The translations under genes were made by a program, and so were the position numbers. Below, one piece after another: positions 49,898-64,000 of a stretch of DNA of 64,000 nt (positions are counted from its first letter, which is position 1; every line of letters starts with the position of its first letter). The DNA is from Eledone cirrhosa. Taxonomy: Eukaryota. The stretch covers positions 279,124,001 to 279,188,000 of the forward strand of contig OZ024742.1 in assembly GCA_964016885.1 (NCBI GenBank), in the 5' to 3' direction. The notes under the pieces are model-generated. The model saw nothing but the letters and a program-made list of their open reading frames with translations. It searched no databases and was not told the origin of the DNA.

Positions 49898-50262
49898 TTC
49901 ATTGTCTAGACAATTACGTTACGAAGGTTATGGATGATTACTTATCTCATTTTCAAGAAAACTACCCTACGAAGTTTAAGAAAAATAATTTATATCATTT
50001 TCTAGACAGCTTCGTTACGAAGGCTTAGCATAAGTGTTTATCTCATCGTCTCGAAAAATAACTTACGAATATTTAGGATAATAGTTTAATATTTTTTCTT
50101 GTCAAATTCTTTACGAAACTCAGGAATAAGTGTTTTCTTAAAAAATATGTTACGGAGGTTAGGAATAATTAATTTATCTCATTATCTAGAAAAGTACGTT
50201 TCGAAGGTTAGGTATAATGTGTTATCATTGTGTAGATAACAAATCGGTGAAGGTTAGAGATT
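49898..50262. repeat. Degenerate minisatellite, unit about 45-48 bp, about 8 copies
   Basis: Recurring TCATT.TCTAGA.AA..ACGTTACGAAGGTTAGGA.TAA. Confidence 0.75.
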
Positions 50263-50575
50263 ATGGTTTCATAAATGTCAGCCCCTTACACAATAACATT
50301 CCAATATAGTAAAAGCTGGCAATTCCAGGTAGCTAGCTGTGATTGCAGGGGAACTATATTTATATAATATAGGGGATCAAAAAATAACACGGACAACAAG
50401 GACGAAGAAAAACAACAAGTAATTCACCCATAATCATATATCTAACACAAGACAGAAGCAACAATAGGAAAATTGTTATGGAAAAGTAATATAGATATTT
50501 TGTGTATATATATATATACATAAGTTCACGCACACACACACAGATGCACATATTTAAACATATGCATATATATGC

Positions 50576-50619
<44 letters not shown>

Positions 50620-50686
50620 CATATATATATATATACGTATATATACATGCATATATATGCGTATATATACATGCATATATATATGC

Positions 50687-50747
<61 letters not shown>

Positions 50748-51472
50748 CATATATATATATATACGTATATATACATGCATATGTTTATATATGAAATATA
50801 TATATATATATATATGTATGCATGCATATATTTAGAAAATTATACACAGAGAAACTTGCATACAGACAAATAACAAAAAAAGATCACACACAATTATATG
50901 CACACATATCTAATTATATTTTATATCAATATTTGAATTTACATGGTTCCTATTCAATGTAATTCTTCCGTACCAAATTACCAATCAACAGGTGTCAAGT
51001 TATATTGGAAATATATTTTGTGTTTATTAATCCAGTGACCAGCATTGTTTTTTTTTTTATTTATTCATATATTTATTTATTTACTTTTTCGTTTTATTAT
51101 ATTTCACTTTCTGGAATGTCCTTTCACGAGTTAACCTATTTGAATGTATTTTGTAAACTCAACATTCGCAAACACATTTTGTATTGATATATTTATATTT
51201 AGTGTATATGTATGTATGTATGTATTTTCATCTGGTTTTATAATTTCACAAATGTTTGTCATTATATATATAGAGAGAGTTGCTCTCTAACAAAGATACA
51301 CAACTCTCTCATTGGAATTTACACAACGTCATCTATGTAGATATGTATGCACGTCTCCATGCATGCCTGTACGTGCAGGTATAGATATTATTGTATGTGG
51401 CGATGTGTATGTTTTGAGTTGTATGTGTGCATGTACATATGCTTTGTATCTGTACAAGTGTATATGCAGTTA

Positions 51473-51889
51473 TTAGTTGCACAAATTTTGGAATGTTTTA
51501 CATATTTTTACTGTTCCATTAATGGATTGTACTTGGAATTTCCTAACTAGTTGTGTTCTTTCTATTCCTGTGAAGCCCAGCTTCTCAAGATTTGTATTGA
51601 GGCAGTTACTAACATATCCTAGTGCCGAAATAAACACAAGTATAAATCTGAAGGTATATTCACGGTGGAGTATCTGTAGATATCTCATTAGTTCTGCATA
51701 GATATTCTCCTTTTCGCTAATCTTTAATATATTGGCTTCTGCTGAGCAGCTAACATCTACTACTCTGCATGCCTCCTTTTCCCTGTCACATATCATTATA
51801 TTTGGTCTGTTATGCCTGCATTTTATTGGGGTTTTTAGTGGAACATTCCACCAGTACTCTTTCATATTATGTATATGTATGTCTTCCAC
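51473..51889 (-). pseudogene. 3' fragment of another R4-like (RLE) non-LTR element
   Basis: YWWNVP..HNRPNIMICD..VVDVSC..EKENIY..ALG; 5' end abuts (CATA)n. Confidence 0.75.
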
Positions 51890-51944
51890 ATTGCTCTATG
51901 TATGTATGTATATATGTATGTATGTTTGTATGTATGTATGTAAG

Positions 51945-54900
51945 AGATAATTGGCAATTTAGGTTCTGGAACAAAAAAGATCATTGGCAATAAGGGCAGG
52001 GGCCTCAGGTTATCACAGCCTGGGCCCGCTCGTCATCGTGCCATTGTAATAGAGCCAAACAAGGCATTTAGTCTTGGCTGCTGGAACGTACGGACGCTGC
52101 TTGACAGGGATTCCTTGGGGCGTCCTGAACGAAGGACCGCTCTTGTTGCAAAGGAGCTTCGACGTTACGATCTTGACATCGTGGCTTTATCTGAGACGAG
52201 GCTAGCTGGAGATGGTCATCTTACGGAATTTTGGGGAGAATATACATTCTTCTGGAAAGGAAGAGATAAAGGAACCAGAAGAGAGGCTGGGGTAGGATTT
52301 GCTGTTAAGACTGTACTTGTGAACACATTAGAGGAATTCCCAGTAGGGATTAGTGAGCGTGTTATGTCCATTAGAGTTCCGCTGAACAAGGGAAGATATG
52401 CTACCCTGGTGAGTGTGTATGCTTCAACTATGAGTTCTGTCGATGAGGAAAAGGTCTCCTTTTACCATGCCTTCAAAGGTGTTTTAAGAAATATCCCTCA
52501 GGCAGACAAAGTCATCGTCCTTGGTGACTTTAATGCTAGAGTGGGTAGGGATTTTAACACATGGAATGTAATCGGAAGGCATGGGGTGGGAAAGTGTAAC
52601 AGCAATGGTATGCTCCTGCTGCAGATGTGTGAGGAGCTGAATCTGTGTGTTACCAACACCATGTTCCACCAAGAGAACAAATTCAAGACCACATGGATGC
52701 ATCCTGCATCTAAGGAATGGCATCTTTTGGACTACGTCCTAGTCAGGATGCGTGACAGACAGGATGTGCAGTGTGTTCGTGTTCTTCGTGGAGCTAAGTG
52801 CTGGACGAACCACCGCCTGGTACGCGCAAAAGTGAAACTAATCACTAAACGTAAAATCCGGGCTCCTGGTGTTGCCCTGCCCAAAAGATTGAATGCTGTT
52901 CGTCTTAAAATGTGAAGAGGACATTGGAAGAAGAGATGCAGGCTGCAGATCTTGGTGAGGATTGGCCGACCCTTAAAAAGTCGGTTTATGATGTAGGCAG
53001 GCGTGTTCTGGGATTGGCGCAGAGGAAACATCAGGACTGGTTTGATGAGAATGATGTACATATAGAAGACTTGTTGGCTGATAAGAGGCGTGCTCTGTCA
53101 CGCTACTTGACGGCAAAACTACAGGAGAGGAATACGTTGCACGAGGAACTCAGGGATGTAAAATCACGTGTTAGGCGGAGTCTTTCTCAGATGAAGGATC
53201 AGTGGTGGAGTGAGAAGGCTGGTGAGATACAAACTGCGTCTGATTCCAATAACACAAAGCTGTTGTACAGTCTCTTGCGTGAGGTTTATGGACCGTCTTC
53301 TTCTCTGGTGACACCGCTTCGCAGCAAGGATGGCAAAGAACTTCTTCGTGACTCACAAGGAATTCTACGAAGGTGGCGAGAGCACTTTGATGATCTTTTG
53401 AATCAGCCGTCTGTCGTCAGTGAAGATTTCCTCAATCTCATTCCAGAAAGTCCTGTGAATATAGCTCTCGCAGAACCTCCGACACTTGTGGAGGTTGCAG
53501 TGGCTATTTCGAAGCTGAACAGTGGAAGATCTCCAGGTATGGATGTCATACATGCTGAGCTCCTACAATATGGTGGTGAGAGACTCCTGCAACATCTTCA
53601 CTCTTTGTTTGGCAGGATATGGGCTAATAAATCCGTACGTGAGGACTGGAGAGATGCAGTAATGGTGGTCTTGTACAAAGGAAAGGGTAACAGGAACGAT
53701 TGTGGGAACTAAAGAAGTATATCATTGCTTTCTGTCGTAGGGAAAGTTTTATGTAGGGTGCTTCTGGACCATCTGCTGACACACATTGCAGATTGTGTTC
53801 TTCCTGAAAGTCAATCTGGTTTTCGTGCTGGACGCGGCACTACTGATATGATCTTTTCGGCTAGACAGCTCCAGGAGAGGTGCATGGAGCAAGGCTTGGA
53901 TCTGTATCAGGATTTTGTCGATCTGACAAACGCTTTCGATACTGTTAACAGAGATGCATTATGGAAAGTTCTCCAGAAACTTGGTTGCCCTGATAAGTTT
54001 CTTGCTTTAGTCAGGTCTTTCCATGACGACATGAAGGCCTGGGTTAATGTCGGGGGTAACATGTCGGAGCCTATCTCAGTAAAAAATGGAGTGAAACAGG
54101 GGGATATTCCAGCACCGACCCTGTTTGCCATATACTTAGCAATGGTTTTCTGTATTGCATTCAGGAATTGCGAGCATGGTGTTTACATCCGATATCGAAC
54201 CTCAGGCAGCGTATTTAACATCAGGCGCTTTGCTGCGAAGACAAAAGTATTTACATCAATCATAAGAGACCTCTTGTATGCAGATGATTGCGATCTTGTA
54301 GCGCACACAGAGAGTGATATGCAGCACATTTTGAATGCATTTTCTGACGCTTGCACTGCCCTAGGTCTGACTGTCAGTCTCAAGAAAACCGTCGTCATGT
54401 ACCAACCTTCCCCCGGTAAGCAGTACACTGAACCAAACATCTATGTGTATGGCAAACGACTTGGAGTGGTTGATCAGTTTGTCTACCTGGGAAGCACTGT
54501 CAATTGATACAGCAACCTTGACAGTGAAATCTCACTTAGGATTAGGAAAGCAAGTGATTCTTTCGGAAAGCTAGAAAGGCGACTCTGGGGTCGGCGAGAC
54601 ATATGCAGGAGGACAAAGGTAAAGGTGTACAGGGCATGTGTGCTCTCTTGTCTTCTTTATGCCTGCGAGACCTGGGTCACATATCGACACCACCTTAAGC
54701 AATTGGAGCGTTTCCATCAGATGTGTCTCAGACGGATCCATGGCGTTCACTGGAGGGACCACATCAGTGATGTCGAGATTTGGGAAAGCTCTCTGTGTGA
54801 CAGCATAGAAGCTCTTGTGCTTAAGCAACGTCTCCGTTGGAGTGGTCACCTTGTCAGGATGAAGGATTCTAGAATACCAAAACAACTCTTTTATGGAGAG

Positions 54901-55455
54901 TTGGTTAAAGGAAAACGACCGCCACATAAACCAAAAAAAGAGGTATAAGGATTCCTTGAAAGCCTCTCTGAAAGACGCTAACATCTCTGCTGATACATGG
55001 GAGAATATTGCTGCTGATCGTAATAAATGGAGAAAGACTGTATATGAGGGAAAAGTAGCCTTTGAGGCATCTCGAATCGCATACGAGAAAGTAAAGCGGG
55101 ATGTGAGGAAGGGCATTGCTGTTGCACTTCCAGACGGTGAGGGTCCTCCTATGGTGCTGACATGCAGCGTATGTGCGAGACTCTGCCTAAGCAAAGCTGG
55201 ACTAGAAAGTCATCTTCGCAGTCATAAAGTAAGACCAGGGGTTGACTACCAGGCTGCTGTTGGAGATGCTACTCATCATGCTTGCCAAACAAGTGGTAGA
55301 GAATGTAAATCAGCAGGAGGGCTCAAGCGACATGTACACGAACTCAACCACAGCCGACTATTCCTAGTGAATGTTTTGGTTTCCGACTCTGTGCAAGACA
55401 TTTTAGATCATTGGCTGGGCTAAAAAGCCACATTCGATCGCAGCGCTGTTAGTTG
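51945..55455 (+). mobile_element. Near full-length RTE (BovB-like) LINE: APE, RT, three C2H2 fingers; disrupted
   Basis: GCWNVRTL, PERRTALV..ALSETR, LGDFNARVG, LLDY, GVKQG..AP, LYADDC, LRWSGHLVRM; stops at 53710 and 54505, frameshifts near 52913 and 54940. Confidence 0.93.
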
Positions 55456-55657
55456 CTATCGTGTGTGAGTGTGTGTGTGGATGTGCTTGTGTGTGTGCGT
55501 GTGTGTGTATATATATATATGTATATGTATATTATTATTGTTGTTGTCGTTATTATTATTGTTGTTATTGTTATTATTATTATTATTGTTATTAATGTAT
55601 GTGTGTGTATATGTGTGTGTGAGTATGTGTGTGTGTGTGTGTATATACATGTGTATG

Positions 55658-55720
<63 letters not shown>

Positions 55721-55745
55721 CTTTTTTTTATTTTTATTTTCTTTT

Positions 55746-55778
<33 letters not shown>

Positions 55779-55846
55779 TATTTTTTTCTTTCTCCTCGTG
55801 CAATGGCCATACTCGATAACGAGGGGGCAGCCATCATGTATGTATG

Positions 55847-56520
55847 TATGCTGATGACACGAACGTAGCACAAGCAATTAAGAAACCGACTGCTGCCATT
55901 TCTTACAGCATGCTTTAGGTGCCATATAAGGATGTGCTGAACAACAAATGCAATTTAATGCATGAACATTTCAAGACCTTCTCTATCAACACACAAACAT
56001 AGGACCAACACAACAAAAATTCACTCGACCAGGAGGAATGGAAGCCCAAGAATCAAAATCAATACGGTAACTGAGTATTTAGATGAGCATCTTTTCATAC
56101 ACACATCAGCAAAATGATGGCTTTGTGCAGACGACAGGTGGGTTGGATTCTGAGGACATTCGAGTCAATAGACTTGGAAACGATGTTGGTCCTCTGACGG
56201 ACTTTCTTGCTAAGCAGACTGGACTATTGCTCTAGGCTTCGGTCGCCCCAGAGTTTCAAACTAACTGCAGAGCTTGAAGCAATCCAACAAATCTACACTA
56301 AGTGGATTGCCTCTATGAAAGAGATGAGCTACTGGGAGAGGCTGAAGATATTAAAGCTTTACTCCCTGGAGCGGTGACGGGAGAGATATACATATGGAAG
56401 ATCCTGGAAGTTTTAGCAGCACATTTCTGCATTGAAGACAGGACCGGCCCGCGAACAGGACGTCACTGTGTAGTGCGAAAGTGAATGCGTCCATAAACAT
56501 CACTAGCTCTCCAATTCTAG
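55847..56520 (+). mobile_element. Decayed CR1-group LINE 3' fragment
   Basis: YADDT, LRTF..LSRLDYCS, MSYWERLKILKLYSLER*RER. Confidence 0.75.
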
Positions 56521-56694
56521 CAGTTCACCAATGTTGTAACGCCTGTTTCTCTAAAACAACCCGGGAAACCACGCTTGGCGGGTTAAATTCCAAAGATGGC
56601 TTTCCTACAAAAAGACTCTCGACCAATTTAAGATATTTATACACAAGGACGGAGTTGCAAATATAAAATTGAAAAACTAACACAAAAATGTCTA

Positions 56695-56878
56695 CGCCTG
56701 TCGCAAGCCAGAGGGCTAGTCAGAGTGGTGCTTATCCAAGTTTCTTAGCGTAACGCAACTGAGAGTACAAGATTCCCCCTGGACATGACGCCAGTTTATC
56801 GCAGGGTTAAACTCCCAGCTATCGACACGTTTACTGGTGCAACGTGAAATGACGTGTTTTGCTCAAGACCACAACACA
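56695..56878 (-). mobile_element. Fragment of a second SINE family (CORE/V-domain-like)
   Basis: Minus strand GTGTTGTGGTCTTGAGCAAAACAC..ACCCTGCGATAAACTGGCGTCATGTCCAGGGG; similarity recalled, not searched. Confidence 0.5.
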
Positions 56879-58469
56879 TACATATATATGTGTTTGTGTT
56901 TGAAAGTGTTGTGTATATCTGTATGCGTGCATACATTGTGCGTATCTTCATGCGTGTATGCATCTAACACTAGTGCAATGACAGTGTGCGTATGCTTTCA
57001 TATATTGCGTGTATGCTTTCATATGCGTGAGCATGTGTGTGTCGATAGACAATAGGAGCATGAAACAAAAAGATCCCTTTAAAGAAAGGAAAAATAATGA
57101 AGCCATATTATCATTGAATGCAGTAATGGTTGGTTTGTTTATATTTCATATTCAGACACAAAGAACACGTATTTTTAAGCATGTGTGTGAGTGTGAGAGA
57201 GAGGCATGGAGGAATATAGAATGGGAAAGAGAGAACGGAGGGAGATTAATAGAAAGGAACTGGAAGTGTTGTTAAGTTAATGAATTTATCATGTTTTCAG
57301 AGCCAAAGAACAATGGCAGATCACCAATGAATCGAAGCATTGGTTTACGGCGTTAACGTGCATATTTCTAATAATATACACTAATAATATTGTTGACAGA
57401 AAATACTTTTGCTTTCTAAATACAGATAAGACACGGTCTCTTTTATGTAATATAGTAAAGCGAAAATAAAAGTCGATTCATTTAGAATATTTTGGAGATT
57501 ATTAGATAACGCTTTCTATGGATGCTGAAAATCTAACCGAAAGACTAAGTTTAGTGATTCACCAAATCCGGAATTTTGACATGTACAACAGAATCACCAT
57601 CAATATCAATTCTGTCACTAGCAGTAACCAGAGAGTTTGCATTTTGCTGAAGGAGCTGCTGGAAACCTTGTAGCGAAAACTGTCGACACCTTGACCTCTG
57701 GGTGACACTTAACGGTCATTTTATGAATTATTTCCTTTCAGGCATCAACAGAACGGAGATTGGACGATCTCGAAAGTTCAGCCCTTTTTTCTTAAGGCTT
57801 GGAGACAGAAGAAGTGAGATAGATAAATAAACTGCCTTATATCAGGCCAGGCAGTTCGGAGCGGGTCTTGATACAGTAAACATGCAAACTATTGCTATCT
57901 ACTGACCCCTTGTGGTCTTACGGACGTTTACCTTCTCTTTCACTCTATCTCTATCTCTTGGTATCTCTCTTAACCAAGCCAGTGAAGTTCATGAAGTTTT
58001 CTTGGTAAATACAATTTAATTCTACTGTTACAAAGAAATAAATCACGTCTATAATTCTTGTATATTTTTCGTATAGCTTCGGCGTCAGTTGTTTTCAATA
58101 AATTAAAAATATAGCAGTTTCATGGTTCATTTATATATATTCATTTTCTTCGTAATCAAGGAACTATCATATCATCATCATCTTATTGAACACCTACTGC
58201 TCACATGCAACCTCTGGTCACACTGAAACACACAGCAGTGACCACAGGACACAGCAAGCTACAAGTGAGCACACGCGGAACAAACCGATAAACACCAAAA
58301 CACAATCAACTGCCAACACGACCATCAAACCATCGCTTTAACCTCCTTCAAATACCATATGTTAATCCTTACGTAATTTTATAATATATTATATTAATAT
58401 ACTAAAATACAAAAGAGATCATTATATAAGATATTACATTATATTATATCATAATATTATATATTATAA

Positions 58470-58655
58470 GGGCGGTGGATTGGCAGTATCGGTAGAGGGT
58501 TGGACGCCATGCTTTCTAGCATAGTTACGTCCCTTTACAGTCTGAGTTCAAATCCCACCGAGGTTAACTTTGCCTTTCATCCTTACGGGGTCGATAAAAT
58601 AAAGTACCAGTAATGCACTGGATAATTGCTGGTCTTGTGCCAAAAGTAGCAACAA
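58470..58655 (+). mobile_element. tRNA-type SINE, full length
   Basis: Same family as 37930-38110. Confidence 0.9.
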
Positions 58656-59949
58656 CCATGTTATATATTATGTACATAGCTAATACTAGGCACTAAAAGA
58701 AACATTTTACATAGCGCCAATCACTGTTGAGCCCACCGGTTTCGTCGATCCCCATTCTCCATAGACTTGTATTATTTTGTTTCTCAAGACAAATCAGGAG
58801 GCGAAGGCTCTCTACAAGAAAATATAAACAGATCAGCATTAACTGAGTAACAAAGCTAGAGCACAACAATAAACAGACCAAATACAATTATTAATTACGA
58901 ATAGAAAATACAATAAATTACCATCAATTTATGGATAGGAGAATGTATCATCTTCTTCAAATTGTGACATGTCTTTATGGCACAAATAATTTATTTCATT
59001 GCAAACCTTCACCAATCAAATCTGCCGTTGTACATTTATTTTGCAGATCATGGGCATTATCTTATTCATTAATAGTTTAAATGGTCATACCAGCTTCATG
59101 ACCATTTACATTATTGTCATCCTTAATCGTGTCATCATATTTGTTCGGAAAACAACATTTTCATAGAACAACATGCAAGTTGGAAGATTAATGCGATATT
59201 TCATTTTCACAGCAATGAGAGATAATTTTTCGGTTCATGCGAGTTATACTTTGTTTTTTACGCATGCCCATGCAGTATCCCTTTTATGATGTACTAAATA
59301 TTTGACAGGTTCAACCTCCTTCAGTATACAATTTTTCATATCTTATCTCTTCTTCAATTTCAATGTGGGCTTGTTGCAATTCTTAATAGCCTGCCAACAA
59401 CATTTTCTGCAGGAGGGATCCGACATATTCCGGAAGCAGCCTTGTGATTATAATGTTTTATGCAGTTATTAAACAAATTGATATTGTTTTGGTATGGTTT
59501 GGAATGCTTCTTCCGCTGTGGGTGATCAATCACTTTACATCCTATTTGAGACAACCATTCTGGTGCGTTTTTATAAACTAAATATTCCGCAAATCTAAAT
59601 CGTCAGAATATCGGCATTAAACACCTTTCACCATTTCTCGACGAGTGGTACTTGCATTAACATAACTCAATCTATGTGTGGTGCGCATCAACAATGATAA
59701 TAAATTGGCCAATTTGTGGGATGTCTACCCGATATACATAAACTTTCTGACATAGCTTTCCAAAGCCAATTATTTGCACTTTCTCTGCTAAAAACTATGC
59801 TAAAAGTGCGTGAAAAACATGGCCTCCAAATATGACCCCCTATGCATGGGTATCATGTATTTAAATCAAAATGACAGTTTGAAATTGTTCTGGAATGAGC
59901 AGCTTATTTTTATTATAGACGTGAACGTTTTCGATAGCTAGGATATTAT

Positions 59950-59983
<34 letters not shown>

Positions 59984-60588
59984 TGTTATACTTGGGGAGG
60001 GTCATATTTGTGTAATATTGCCAGAATTAATAACAGAACACACTCACTGTTTGGTTGGTTTTCGCTTTTCGCTTCTGTGTCTTTTATATCGGTAATCTAA
60101 TTTATTCGGTCCTCAATGTTGCCATTGACTGACCGACGGTCAAAAATAATACTGATACAATATAGACACAAACACATATATATAGTTTATCAAAGTTCTT
60201 TCGTCGCACATCTGCAATATCGCCAGTGGTGCTATTGTTTCCTCCCGTTACATTGTATGTCTACGCCATTTTTATTTAGTCTGTCTATATATTTATTTAT
60301 TTATTTGTTCGTTTGTTTATTTTATTTTGTCTTCTTTGCGCATGCGTTTGCGTGTGTGTATAGTGTTTTGTTTGATGTGTGTTCGTGATTGGGTGACTGT
60401 GTTTCAGTTAATGTATTCTATCTTTACTAGTGTGTGTTTATATGTGTTTGTTGTTATTGTGCTTGTGTATGTATTTATTTATTTATTTATACTTCTCTTA
60501 GGTCAGTGTTGTTTGTTTGGGTGTTGTTTTTATTCCATTCATTCTTTCTGTTTAGTCTTGGCCTTCTAAGTTCTATTTCACTGGCCTC

Positions 60589-60625
<37 letters not shown>

Positions 60626-62059
60626 GATAACAAAATATCGTTATAGGTAATCCAATTAGAGTTTGTGAATACTTCTTATTATGGATAGTTTTAGCGTACG
60701 GCGTTGCTGCAGAGTTAACATCGTATTTAAAATTGAGTGGCGCTGTTTTTAGTGTTCAGCAATTTTTAGACAACTCTATCAGTGAAACAATTGTTAGACT
60801 GCAAATAAATCCCCTTTTTTGTACTGTTGACCATGTTATTCTCCCCGTTTTCAATGTTATATGTATATATATAGATATATATATACATTCTCTAATGCTG
60901 TGGGATTTCGTTAATCTTAATTCCTCGTTCTCTTCGCAAACCTAGAACTTATTTACTCGAAACTATTTCCTAATTTTCAGCATTACAACTACTTCAGAAT
61001 ACTGTTCTTGGTCAAACATTTCATCTTCTAATGAGGTATTTGACACTAAAAACACCTGTTCTTCCTCATTATTGTTGAATTCTTTCCATTACCAAGACAA
61101 AATAACAAATAGAACAGATTGCAAAGATTACCATCAATTTATATTTCCTCCGCTAAGCATGAAAGCATCGCATATAAAAAGGCAGCCCTCTGAAGTGGAA
61201 TGGCTGATGCACTGGATATCGCTCTCTGTTCTTCGCGGTGATGTTTCTCGAACCAAGAATTAGAGTTTGCAGGCATATCTCTCATTCTCTCTCCTTCCCT
61301 TTTGCTTGAGCTCACCCTCTCTCTCCCACTCCTTCCCTCTCGTTTGTTCTCTCTCTCGCTCGTAATCATTTATTTTCCTTTTAATTGTTTTACGAAATAT
61401 CACATCGTATTATACTAAAGGTTTAGTTGTATATTTCAATCTATTGTCTTTCGGCAAGTTTCACTGTTTTTTCATGTGTCAAATTTTAACATTAATTGAT
61501 GTATATTATGTCATATATATTATATTATATTATGTTATGTTATATTATATTATATTATATTATTTTTTAACATATTATAACATATTATATTATATTGTGT
61601 TGTATTGTGTGTATAGTTAATACTCTCTGAATCTTACGCTCTTGGTTTAGTTGTAATATCTAATGTTAGTATTAAAGTATTAATTATATTATACTGTAAA
61701 TTTATAAATGTTACTGATCTTAAGATTAAAAAGGAAAATTGTGTAATACTCATCAACAGTATCATCTTTAGCACCACATCCATATAACTCAACACCCTCA
61801 CCACCACCAACTTCTACACCACCACATCTCTCACCAACAAACAATCCACACCACAAACATCATGTTCGCCATGATTATCACCACCATTGTTATTATTATA
61901 GTCATCGCCATCATCATAGAGTGGGGGATGGCAACCGTCACGTGGTCCACCCTGTATGAAATTCATTCCAACTAATGTCATTGCTCGATATATGCACGAC
62001 TTGTACATTCAGCTTGCTTTATTGTCAAACTTCTTTTGATCAAGGCACTTATTAGTCAT

Positions 62060-64000
62060 CACCCCAATGGCCATTTTAATAGCCAAACATCCCGGCAAAT
62101 CGGGAAAAATCTACATATTCTACAGATTAATGTAGTGGGTATGACGAGAGAGAAATGCGACTACTTGGCTAAAATAGCAAACGATCTTAATATAAATGTA
62201 ATATTAATACAGGAAACCTATATTTGTGATGGCGAGGGCTGCTCTAAGCTTCACACCAATGGGTACAAGCTCATTGCTGCAGTACTCCACTCGAAATACG
62301 ATTTTGCCATTTATATCAGGATATCAGGCATGCTATTACAGCATTTTCTGTTCCTGGTGAGTGCTGCATGGATTACATATTTGTTACTACTGTGAAATTC
62401 GGGGATCTCATCATCACTAACGTGTACAAGTGTAACCTCTTCTCCTATCCGGAGCACCCACTACCCGTCATGGGTTTATGCCACAGACAACGTAGCTGCG
62501 GAACAGTTGGAGGCATGGGCTTCAGCTTGTGGTCACTATATTCTCCATGATGCCAAACAACATGGCGCTTTCCATTCTTGTCATTGGAAGGATTACAAAC
62601 CAATCATCAGCTATCTCCCGAAATCAATCAATGGACGTCCTGTTCGGGTTTTTCACCAAATACTCCCTCATTTCCCTCAGAGCCAACACAGAACACCTAT
62701 TAATCATATCGGCATGGTCATTCCTGTTATACAACAAGTCTGAGTGGAAATCATTCAGCTCAGTGGTACAGGAACAAATCATCAACTTGGAACCTATTCC
62801 CAAGAACTATATTTCATCTTGTAAGATTCGGAAGGAATATACGAAGGAACACATCCCGCAAGGTTTTCTTCAATCTTACAACCCATGCTGGAGCCCAGAG
62901 TCTGAAGAGCTTCGCAAGAGCTATAAGGACTCGGTTGATCCAGACATTGTTATGGAACACTTACACTCTCTTGACTCAGCTGGACGCACATGTTGGCATG
63001 AAACGGTGGAAGTGTTGGATTTCACTCAGTCTGGTAGGAAAGCATGGAATCTCCTGAGGCGACTTGGTGCAGCATCTCCCATTCAGTACCAGCTACCAAA
63101 AGTAACTGCTAATGCAGTTGCATCACGCCTACTTCTCAACTCCAGGGTACTTTCAACCAAGGTATCATGCCAAGAATTCTTTAAGAATTTTTCAGAAATC
63201 ACCCCACTTGCTAGACCTTACTCCTTAAGTGAGATAGATACAGACCTTTCATCCACTAAAGCAGGCATGGCAGCAGGGGTCGACAGCATCTATCCTGAAT
63301 TCCTTAAGAACCACGGTCCACTTGCCCAATACTGACTGGCTCCTTTCTTCACTGTCACAGACAACTGGAGTTATCCCGAATATCTGGAGAGAAGTCAAGA
63401 TCATCACCATCCTGAAACACGGGAAAACTGCAGACGAACCTGGATATCTCTTTTGTACATCTTACACATTATTTGAACGGTTCCTTCTGTTTAGGCTCTG
63501 CCTTTTAGTAAAAGCAACCATGCTTAGAGAGAAAGTGGGATTTACATAGCAAAGGCGTTGCACTGATCAAGTCCTCACCTTCACCACCTTCATCGAGGCT
63601 GAGTAGCAACGAGGTCTCAAGACAGGGGCTGCCCTGGTCAACATCTCTTCTGCATGCGATATGGTACGAAGACGCGCCTCCTGAAGGACTTTGGTATCAA
63701 GTGTCAGGAAACTGTGAACATCTTTGTCTCCAAACTCAGTAACAGAAGATTCAGAAGACTACTACTACAGGCGCCTTCGACCCAACCCAAGCAAGACCAC
63801 TGCAACAGCCTTCCTTCTCAGTAGCAGACAAGCCAGATTAGAACTCAAAGTCTTCTTCTGTGGTAGAAATGTCAAGAATGAACCATACCCTAAATATTTT
63901 GCTATAACTTTGGATCGCAGCCTGATCTACAGAGTTCATCTAAAGAGGGTTATCGGAACGCTCAGGATCAGGATAAATATCATCCACAAGTAAGCAGAAA
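62060..64000 (+). mobile_element. Decayed Vingi/Ingi-like LINE (APE plus RT), internally deleted, runs off the window
   Basis: ILQINVVG..ILIQET, ILHDAKQ..FHS..W, FPQSQHR, DFTQSGRKAW, AAGVDSIYPEFLK, LRPNPSKT..PKY..TLDRSL. Confidence 0.8.

Noticed and set aside
49898-50262. CRISPR-like periodicity
   Set aside because: Whole units are degenerate copies with no unique spacers; eukaryotic context, no cas genes
57290-57830. Possible host exons after TTTCAG acceptors (57300, 57741)
   Set aside because: No recognisable protein motif or convincing donor sites; needs RNA-seq

Overview
AT-rich, microsatellite-saturated eukaryotic DNA with no supportable host gene, probably intronic or intergenic. The SINE family suggests an octopod cephalopod (inference). 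Almost all recognisable sequence is transposon-derived. At 1-8.5 kb there is a nested stack (R4/Dong - Tx1-like - R4/Dong) sitting in one (TAA)n tract that runs in frame into the GIY-YIG domain of a Naiad-type Penelope-like element (PLE). Also present: a second Naiad PLE, two RTE LINEs with three C-terminal C2H2 fingers plus bipartite RTE derivatives, Vingi, CR1 and Tc1/mariner relics, and tRNA-type SINEs. The main signal is absent from the ORF track: about 15 intact-looking and about 9 degenerate type I hammerhead ribozyme (HHR) motifs from roughly 11 sequence families, found by manual pairing. Most lie in short non-coding elements inserted into (TA)n tracts with a recurrent fold-back or tandem layout, including a retrozyme-like ~471-bp array and natural core variants (U3:A8, C4, very long stem II). 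Ribozyme activity, transcription and circRNA formation are predictions, not observations.
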